From the NCBI GenBank assembly GCA_028023455.1, contig JAQFVV010000007.1:2976001-3040000 (forward strand): DNA of 64,000 nt, read 5' to 3'. Positions 54,612-64,000 of the stretch are shown piece after piece. This DNA is from Epiperipatus broadwayi (Eukaryota; Animalia; Onychophora). Every line of letters begins with the position of its first letter. Within the stretch, counting starts at the first letter, position 1. The notes below the pieces were generated by a model, which made no database searches, was not told where the DNA came from, and was given only the letters and a program-made list of their open reading frames with translations. The translations under genes and the position numbers were made by a program.

Positions 54612-56024
54612 TTTTTTTTTAAAAAAAAGTTGTTAAGTAAATACCATATGCCTAATTGACATAAGCAATAATTTGTGGTTTTCATTTTCTCCTATAAAAA
54701 AAAATAACTGAAACTTTTAACATTTTTAAAAATACATTTCTGTGAAAAAATGGAATACAGAGACAAACTCTAAATGAAATAAATTTATCACAAAAAAGCA
54801 GGGATTAAAAAAACAACTAATTGATAAATTTGAATTTTCTTTTTTTTTTAAATTAAAGTAACACAAAATTAAATTTTTAATATAATATGCAGAATACATT
54901 GTAAACATAAACTTAGTATATATTAAAATAAATTATTAACATTTTAATATTTACTTAAGTTTCTAGAAGCACAAGGTTGCTTTAAAAATATGGAAGATTT
55001 GTAATGTGAGAATGGATATCATTAATTCATTAAATTCAATTCAAAAAGATATTGTAAGAGAATTAGATGATTAGATACTGTACAACTATATAAAATGATA
55101 TTCTCTGATAACTTTTGTGAACAAAGGCATATAGAAATTGGTACTGCATCCTTAGCAATAGCAATTATAGTCCATGTATTTAAAAGAATACATTTATACT
55201 GAGACTCAAAGAGTATATGACTTATTTATTCACACTTCTTATCTCTTTTTTTTCCTGAAAAAAAATATTCTGCATGGAATAAAATGCCAAAAAAAAAAAA
55301 AAAATCCTGGTCAAATGACATCATAATTATTATTTGAATATAGAAACAAAGCATTGCTTTCAAATATGATAAGTAGCTATTTTCATAATATATGCATGAC
55401 TACTTTCTTAGATGCTTCCAAGATCGGTCAGTTTTTTTTCACTGTACTCTAGAAGCTTTCACTGGAAGTTTTGGTAATCAAAGAATAACAGATAATATAA
55501 TATTATATATTTATGAATATGGAGTAGAATATTATCCATGCTTACAGCAGAGTGAAAAACAGCACTTTGAATCACCTATGATTATTGATACCATTCCTGA
55601 TATTTTTAATGTAATAATGGGAGCTTTTGGACTACTTGCTTCAGTAATTTCCACTACTACATTGTATAAGACTCCTCAAAGTTCACTAAAAATGTAATTA
55701 CTAAGATACTAGAATGAATTTTGATAAATTCCTTTACCTCTCTTCATGCAATATATATATCATGTTTACAAGAGCAACTGTGTTTAATGAAATAAAAGTG
55801 TTATATTGCCAAACTGTTGGTATATTTACTTTAATTTTATTTTACTAAATACAGTTGCTCCTGAAAACATGATTTATAAACCATGTTTTTGCTCATGAGA
55901 ATAGATTGAGATTATTATTGATACTGTCTAAGTGTTGACTAATTTAAATGATTATATATATATATGTCATTTCTTATAATCATTTTTCAGTAAATTATAT
56001 AACCATAATGTTGTCAAAAAATTA

Positions 56025-56290
56025 TAAACTCTTAATTAATAAATTATAAATAAACTGAAATAATAAACAACTCAATTTAATATCATCAAATCGATTTTCA
56101 TTCAAATATGAACCTTCTCAAGATGCCATACAAAGTTCTAGAATGTTCCTTGTCACATGATAAATTTTAAAAATGGTATCTTGAGAAGGTTCATATTTGA
56201 ATGAAAATAATTTGATATAAACTTAAGATGTAAATCAATGAATTGTCTATTATTTTGATTTATTTATAATTTATTGACCGATTAAGAGTT
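56025..56290. repeat. Imperfect foldback with 36-bp near-perfect core
   Basis: attttcattcaaatatgaaccttctcaagatgccat is mirrored by atggtatcttgagaaggttcatatttgaatgaaaat; outer arms are degenerate. Confidence 0.8.
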
Positions 56291-56699
56291 TATATGTAAA
56301 TGCACAATTACTTTTAAGTAAATAAGTTTCAAATTCAATTTTTCATGCTTCCATTTTCTTATTTATCACTCCTGCATTATGATACCATGTCTAATTTTCT
56401 TACTATGGTTCTTTCTCTAATTTTTTCTATTAAATGCAGTTCAGATTTCATAAAGCTATCTTGTAAATAACTCACATCAATAAAAAGAAAGATACAAAGA
56501 AGAATTCCACTTTAATACTGGTTCATAAAATTTGGCTAATGAAGTTTATGATTATCATTACTGGAAAAATAAAGATCAATTAGTTTTTCAAAGTAATAGT
56601 CTATAAAAAACATATTATAACAGAAGTTAATACCAAAAAAAATTCTAATAAATTCTGAAAATAACCCAATCCATTGACAATGAGTAATAAATTATCTTT

Positions 56700-57195
56700 A
56701 TATAAATACAATTTGTATAGCTTACTTCAAACAATTCATAGCATTTTTTTTTATTATATATATATACACACACACACAATCTGACATTTCAACTGTCCTG
56801 CAATCTTTCTCAGAGCTATGATATAATGATAAATAAAATAAATATATAAATAATATAATAAACAAATGTAATCAATAAAATTAAAAAATAAATAAATTAA
56901 GTAACAAAAAATATAATACAACTAGAATAAATTAAATGTAATAAAATGAAGTAAAACCAAATAAAACAAAATGATTTTATTTAATTTTAATTCTATTTTA
57001 TTACATTTAATTTATTTTAGTTTTATATATTTTGTGGTACTTATTTTTCTTTATTTTTTAAATTTCATTATTAATTTATCATTACATCATAGTTCTGAGA
57101 AAGTCTGTAGCATAGTTGAATAGTCAGATTGGGTGTATCTCTCTCTATTTATATATATTTGCTACAAAGTATTTGAAGTAAGAGGTACATAAAAA
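56700..57195. repeat. Degenerate long foldback (pLTR-like)
   Basis: caatctgacatttcaactgtcctgcaatctttctcagagctatgat is mirrored by catcatagttctgagaaagtctgtagcatagttgaatagtcagattg. Confidence 0.7.
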
Positions 57196-58121
57196 AGTAA
57201 AAGAAGTGATAGACTGAATGACATTTATGAAATTATCTTTAAATCGCATTTATTTTATAAATAAAGAATATTCTTAAATTTTTTTTCAATCCTAGTTCTT
57301 CAAATAAATTAAAATTATATAAGCAATTACAAAATGGCAACAAAATATATATTAAAAACAACTTATCATAAAAAATTAAAACTATTATCATTCTTTGAAA
57401 TAACTTACTACACAAACTCTCAACAAAGATTTAGTTTTTGTGACAAGAATAAATTTTGGAAAAAGTTATCCAGCAGTCCATAATATATATGTTTAAAAAA
57501 AGATATTCCTAATTCTTTACTCAAAATATAATAAAATTCTATACAAAATAAATCAAGAAAGTGATTACTGATCATTTATGAGGTCAAAACCATTACAACA
57601 GAGAGGAGAATACCATCAAGAAAACTTTTATTTTCCAGATTAATAAGTTTCACATCAGCATTTTGAAATCAATTCCAAAATAAATTTAAATAAAAGGAAA
57701 ATATAACATATATACATAATGAAATAAAAACTATATGCAGTCACAAAAAAAAAATCATCAATTAAATGATAACGTCAATTAGTGACATACTAAAAAATAA
57801 ATTGATTATAAAAATCATCAACCAAGAATGTAAAATGAATGTTCATATAAAACTTAAAATATAAATCACATGTAATCATTCACCTGTGATACTAGACAAA
57901 TAATTCTGAAAAGAAATCCAAAAAGCCACTAAAGACTATGTAGTTAATCAGTAAATAAAAATTACCCTTTTTTTTAACATGTAAAACTAATAAAAAAATG
58001 GGGGGGGGGGTCGTATATACACACAAAGTATTTGTATGTGGTATTTAGAAAGTACAATATTTTAATTAAAATTATTTGTTTATTTTTATGAATAGCTAAC
58101 TCTTTATTTAAACAAACTCAC

Positions 58122-58226
58122 CATCAGCAACTTTTCTAAATACATTAACAATATCGGATTCTTCTAAGCCAAGTTCATCAGGCTGTTTAGGAATGTAAAG
58201 ATGAATAGCTTGAACCTGAGGACAGT
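58122..58226 (-). CDS. Exn: Internal coding exon, SH3 domain of Ephexin/NGEF/SGEF-family RhoGEF
   Basis: Long T tract + cag acceptor and G|gtgagt donor. 105 nt reading (D)CPQVQAIHLYIPKQPDELGLEESDIVNVFRKVAD(G), matching the ephexin SH3 start CPQVQ...Y...QPDEL.LE..D..N...K..DGW recalled from the family. Confidence 0.9.
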
Positions 58227-58726
58227 CTGAAAAAAAAAAAAAAATTAGGTAAAAAATAATGAAACCACAGAAAAACTAGTAAGTATCTTCACTGCAACTG
58301 AATATTGATAAAAAATGTGCTCATTGAATCACTAACTATGTGTATATGACTAATTTTCCAATTTTAATAGCAATACTATGCATTATTTAAAAGTTCTATT
58401 TAATATTGAATTCTTAATAATAATATGAGTCACAATCTCATCATTATATGGTTCTAATAGATATTCAAACTTTGAACAACTTTCCTAGCTGTAGGTTTTT
58501 CTTAACATCCTCCTCAGAAAATATGTAGAGAAATAATGATCAACTAACTGCAAATATATGTATATGGAGAATGATCACTTGATAATAATATATACAATTG
58601 AAGCACAAACTTCTTTATAAATATTAATTTATTATATGAACTATTATAATTGTACAATGATATATTCCGTTTTGACTATATTACATAGTTTTTATCAAGG
58701 AATAACTTAAACTTCTTCTAACAATC

Positions 58727-59330
58727 AATAAAGCAAGTCGTATATCGCGTCTTGGTTTTAAGCTTGTATTATAGATATGTAATATAGGGAGTGTACCAAT
58801 AGCTCTAACAAGTTTTTATTGATAAGTGCCAAAGATAAAGCATTTAAAATCTCTATCTAGAATTACTCCCATCCTCAGACACTTATCAATAAAAACACCC
58901 TATATTACATATCTGTATTACAAGCTTAAAAAGCAAAGTCATATGATATATGACTTGCTTTATTATTATAATCTTGCCATTGAGGCTTCGGTGAGTATTT
59001 TATTGCTGAGGCTATTAATATATGGTAGACCTGAATTTAGTTCAGTCCCTTATAGTTATTTAAGTTAGATAGCTGGATTTAAAGACATTTACGTGTCTAA
59101 AAATTTTAGATTTTCTATTTAATAGTTATATATTAGATAAGTGCTGGCTTTTAAGTTGATATTTTAGATCTAGTATCTGAATGTTCTAGTTCCTCTCTGA
59201 GGTGAGCCAAAAGCTTGATCGATCTGAGGATGGGAATAATTCTAGATAGATTTTAAATGCTTTCTCTTCGGCACTTATCAACAAAAACATGTTAGTGCTA
59301 TTGGTACATTCCCTATATAAATTCTTCTAA
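58727..59330. repeat. Nested multi-arm inverted repeat (pLTR-like)
   Basis: About 58727-58830 is mirrored at about 58880-58975, and about 58785-58880 is mirrored at about 59222-59325. Confidence 0.8.
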
Positions 59331-59689
59331 CAAAATAAAAAGAAGAGGTTGAAGTTGTTCCTTGATAAAGACTATAAAATAATATAGTCGAAAAGTTAGA
59401 GTATATTATTGTATAATTATAATAGTTCACATTATAATAAATCAAGATTTATAAAGCAGTTTCTGCATGGATTATATATATTTTGAAATTAATGGACTAT
59501 TTTTAAAAATAGAAGAATGTGTTGTTATTTATTAATTTATTTTGATAATAATAGTTTATTGCCCAGTTAACTCTCTCTCCCCTTCAGGTAGAAAACTTTA
59601 CACATATCTAGAAGCTTTAAAAACTTCCAAGATTTGTATATATTTCATGTTTATTTATATAATCATCTAGATGTAATTAAAATATCCAG

Positions 59690-60130
59690 ATTAATAAGTA
59701 AATTATAAATGTAAAGGATGATATATATTTAATCCCATTTTTTGTAACTACACAATTCTTTAAAAATGTAAATTGCCAAAAATGTATACATAAAATATCC
59801 ATAAAAAAGATACAGACCACACTATTAATTTTGATGAAGCTAAGGTTATCTTCTTTGAGAGAAATGAAATAAAAAGAAGAATTATTAAGAATTGTTATTA
59901 TTGAAAACTTATTATTCTGAAGCAATTAACTTATTTAAAAGTTCTTTTAATATTAAGGGTGGATGGGAAGTTAATGAAATTGTGGGTAATGCTTAATATA
60001 AATATGTGTTGATTTGTAGTTTTTTACACTTGAGAAGTCTGCTTGTAACAGTGAAACCATTGGTTGTGTTTTTGATTTTATTTCTTGACTAGTCCCGGTT
60101 GAGTTTTGGATTTGGAGTAATTTTAATAAA
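59690..60130 (+). mobile_element. Penelope-like 3' end, same family as 47.8-48.6 kb, with HHR variant at 60026-60069
   Basis: cagaccacactattaatttt.atga.gctaag.tt.tcttctttgagagaaatg and the downstream pLTR are nearly identical to 48212-48510. Confidence 0.85.
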
Positions 60131-60231
60131 ATATCCTTTACAGTTCTACATTTTAAATTCTTTTAATTATTATGACATAAAAACATATTCAAATTAATCT
60201 GCAAAATAAGCTATTTCATTTTCAGAATCAC

Positions 60232-61990
60232 ATAATCATCATCATCATCATCATTATCAACCATTATCAATCCACTGCAGGATGAAGGTCTCTCCAAGTT
60301 TAATCCATCTTCTCCGATCTTTAGCTTCTCTTCTCCACATCACCCCTACACATTTTCTTATTTCATCCATCCATCTTACATGTGGTCTCCTTCTGGGTCT
60401 TTTACAATCTCTTGGAATCCAGTTTAAAATTTCAATTGTCCATCTATTATCATCTCTTCTAGCAATATGTCCAGCCCAACTCCACTTCAATCTTTTAATT
60501 TTTTCAATGAGGTCAGTAACACCTGTTTGTTCTCTTACCCATACATTTGCGTTTTCAATCTCTTCTTGTTACTCCCAACATACATCTCTCCATACTTCTT
60601 TGAGTGGTCTGAAGTCTCTGTATTGATCTTCTATTAAGTGTCCAAGTCTCAGATCCATAAGTAAGAACTGGTAAAACACATTTGTTAAAAACCTTTCTTT
60701 TCAAACACATAGGCATATTTCCTTTTAATATCAAGTTATTTCTACCAAAAGCACTCCAACCAAGTTTAATTCTATGATTAATTTCCTCTATTATGTTTCC
60801 ATCTGTATTAATAATCTGACCAAGGTATTTGTAACTCTTAACTTCTTCTAATTCATCATAATCAATCTTTATTTTCATATTTTGAGCAAATCGATTAAAC
60901 ATTACTTTAGTCTTTTTAACATTTATCTTTAGTCCTACTTTCCTCTGATAACTCCTGCAACATTTCCTGCAGCTCGGAAGCATTATTTGCAAAAACAACT
61001 ACATCATCTGCGAAATCTAAATGACTTAAATAATCTCCATTTACTTTCACTCCTTTAGTTTCCCATTTTAATCCACAAAATACTTCTTGCAGCACTGCTG
61101 TAAAAAGTTTTGGAGATATGGAGTCACCTTGTCTTACACCTTTCTCAATGTTGACTTTCCCAGTATCATTATGTAATCTAATTGTTGCTGTTGCATTTTT
61201 ATAAATATTCTTTAAAATATGACAATATCCTGGATCTATACCTTGATGATCCAATGCTTTAATCACTGAAGAAATGTTTATAGAATCAAATGCCTTTTCA
61301 TAATCTACAAATCCAAAACATAATGACAACTCATATTCATTTGTCCTTTCTATAACTTCTCTCAATACTTGAATATGATCTACTGTACTAAAACCACTTT
61401 TAAATCCAGCTTGTTCTCTTGGTTGGTGAAAATCCAAGGTTCTCTGTAGACGAGTTGTAATTATCTTGGTAAAAATTTTATATAAAACTGATAAAAGGCT
61501 GATAGGTCTGTAATTTCTAATATCTTCTTTATCACCTTTTTTAAATATTAATATTATTACTGCATTCTTCCAATCATCCGGTACATCTTTATCATTTAGA
61601 CATTTGGTATATAACTTTGCTAATATTTTTTCTGTTTCTTCACCTGCTTCTTTTAATATATCAATTATAATTCCATCATTACCTGGAGCCTTTCCTTTTT
61701 TCATACATTTAGTTGCATTTCTCACTTCTTCATTTAAAATTCTGGGCAATTCGGAAGATGTAATAGATATAGGAGGTACTTGTTCTTTATTACTATATAA
61801 TTCTTGATAAAAATCTTCTACCAATTTCATAATGTCATCCCTCTTTTTAGTAATATTTCCATCTTTTTTCCTTATTGCAGATATAAATTTCCTACCAATA
61901 CCAAAATGTTGTTTTACATTCTTAAGACTTTTATTTTCTTCTACAGCTTTTCTTGCTAGTTCACAGTTATACTTTCTTATAATACTATTG
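60232..61990 (-). mobile_element. RTE-clade LINE, 5'-truncated, young but inactivated
   Basis: 304-aa ORF with [45 protein letters not shown] and DFADD. Continues in shifted frames ([29 protein letters not shown]). (GAT)n 3' tail at about 60232-60255. Confidence 0.96.
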
Positions 61991-63299
61991 TAAATATTAA
62001 TTCTAGTAGAATTTTGGGGAGTACCTAAATAGGATTATCAAAATGAGTGTCCTGAGGTAATCATAAAAATCATCCCTTGGCATTAGTAACCAAAAAATAT
62101 CCAAAAAAATTATCTTAATTACACAATGAGATTTTATCAAAGCCAAATATGAAGATTTCCTAAAATAGATAGTAAACTGCACTAATAATTTTCATTCATC
62201 TTAATAATTTTCATTAATCTTAAAATTCCTGACTTCATACTGGTTTTGATTTAATGCATATGAACTATGATATGATTTCCTTTGTTGTAAATCATCTAGT
62301 AAAGCAAAGAACCTCTAAACATAGTTAAAAGATAATCTCTATGCATATAACATTTGCAAACTTCCCATTACAAACATGTCCCTACTCTTCTCCTTATATT
62401 TTTTACATTCATAGAATAATCTACTTCTTATGACAGTTTTTAAAGATATACTCTGAACATTTTAGCAAAAGTAATAGAGCAAAAAATTCAGAAATTAAAG
62501 ATATCTGGATCAAAACTCAATCTATTACTTCTGGTGCTTGAATGTTGCATAATCTCCTGAGTAATTAATTTTGGTTGTCTTTAAAAGGATATGCAAATGA
62601 GGATAAGTCAAGTTATCAACTTTCAAAATAGAGTGCATTAAGCAATATTAATTTTAATCAAGCAGATCGAGTAAAAAGATAATTCCTAAGCTAAGTTTTG
62701 TTTCAATAAAAATGGTTCATTATTATCAGCTTATTAATTAATAGTAGACCATTTCTCTGAATAACAACACAAAATCCTGTCACATGTGAAGTTGAAAACC
62801 TTCCGCTCATTCCTAAGAAGGAATTTAAAAAAAGTAAAGTCCATACAGTAGATATCTTAAAAGGAATATTAACAAAATCCTTGGCATTTTTTATTATGAA
62901 AGATTTAACAAATTTATATCAACAACTGCAAAAAGAGTTTTATGCCTTGAAAATATCAAAAGAAGTTCATTTCACTTTAGAACAAAGCCAGCAATATTCT
63001 TTATAATCAAATGTCTGGAATTGCTGACAAACTTTTAAAGTCTTTTGATGGCCAAAAAAAAAAAGAGAAGAGAATGGCAAACTAAACTTTAGAAGATCTA
63101 ATCAAAAGGTATGCAGATCTTCAATCAGGAGAATTTTTAGGAACAGATAACAATCTTCAAAAGTTTCTAAAAACCTTAAGATCTAAAGTTTAAATGTAGG
63201 TGGCAAAATTAACTTACTAATTTACAAAGACATAAGGTGATTTTATATAAACTATTTTTCATTTATAATTAATAAATTACACTTCCAAAAAAGTGTGAA

Positions 63300-63425
63300 A
63301 GACCTAGAAAGATACCACATGTGAGATAGATTGGTGAAATAAGGAAGTTTGTTGATGTGATGTGGAGAAAAGAGGCTAGGGATTGGAGAAACATTTCAAT
63401 CTGCAGAGAATCGATGATGATTGAA
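63300..63425 (+). mobile_element. Short RTE 3'-end fragment
   Basis: Reverse complement of 60270-60390 (tgatgtggagaaaagaggcta.ggattggagaa) ending in gatgatga. Confidence 0.75.
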
Positions 63426-64000
63426 TTTGTGATGATAATTTAGCTATTATTTGCAACAAGAGTTTAGAAACTGTTCCTTTAATTTATCTATGTCAATTGT
63501 GGCTTTTTAATTAGCAGAGCTTACATATATTTAGAAAAATCTATGTCCTTTAATTTAAAAATTAATATAACTTTGCAATTCAAAATTTAGACAGTGCAAT
63601 CATAATAGTTTGTATTTTTCTCAATATAAATTACTAAGGCAATCTTTGAAATAACTTTATGTAAAGCTAAAGTCTTAATTGAGATGTTTGTTATATTTAT
63701 ACATTCAGAATACTGAACAATTTTCTTCAAATAAAAGCTTTTTGGAAAAGAGATGGGTGCGCAAGCATAAATTACTATAAGATAAAATAAAGTCATTTTT
63801 AGATAATACACACACATATATAATTATGCCAAAAGTTAACTAATAATAAAAAATTCACTATCAATTAAATCAGCATAGTTTCTAATACTGTTAGTCAACT
63901 CTCTATAATATTATATATTATTTCGTGCAGTAATATATTATATTTATAACACAATGAATGATAATTGTATTTGTTTATATATTTAAAACTTTCAAGCTAA

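Noticed and set aside
55392-55697. 101-aa ORF as a gene
   Set aside because: No domain or convincing splice context; weak endonuclease-like hints on both strands only.
60282-61807. Plus-strand ORFs 60282..60626 and 61604..61807, and most other short ORFs in the track
   Set aside because: Antisense shadows of TE coding sequence or chance ORFs with non-ATG starts in AT-rich DNA.

Overview
Very AT-rich, CpG-depleted animal (probably arthropod) genomic DNA, almost all intronic or intergenic and filled with decayed transposable elements. The one confidently recognised host coding exon is a minus-strand SH3 exon of an Ephexin/SGEF-type RhoGEF (58122-58226). I found no next exon in the window, so much of the window may be one very large intron. 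Mobile elements: at least five Penelope-like (RT + GIY-YIG) insertions, most with an inverted copy of their own 3' end upstream; two Ty3/gypsy elements with both LTRs (13659-17336 +, lacking RT/RNase H; 29460-34642 -); a young but inactivated RTE LINE (60232-61990 -) plus older RTE and Jockey/I-like remnants; piggyBac and mariner remnants; a tRNA-Gly(TCC) pseudogene; tRNA-derived SINE heads; and a 47-bp satellite. The most notable signal is an unusual density of hammerhead-ribozyme (HHR) motifs and foldback elements. These include a near-canonical minimal type I HHR (17523-17564 -), a U3-A8 core-variant HHR family in three copies, a palindromic element joining a tRNA-like Pol III head to an HHR, and near-perfect hairpins flanked by 14-20 bp direct repeats. 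Together they suggest non-autonomous foldback retroelements mobilised by Penelope machinery (inference). All translations and alignments were done by eye, TE boundaries are approximate, and no database search was run.
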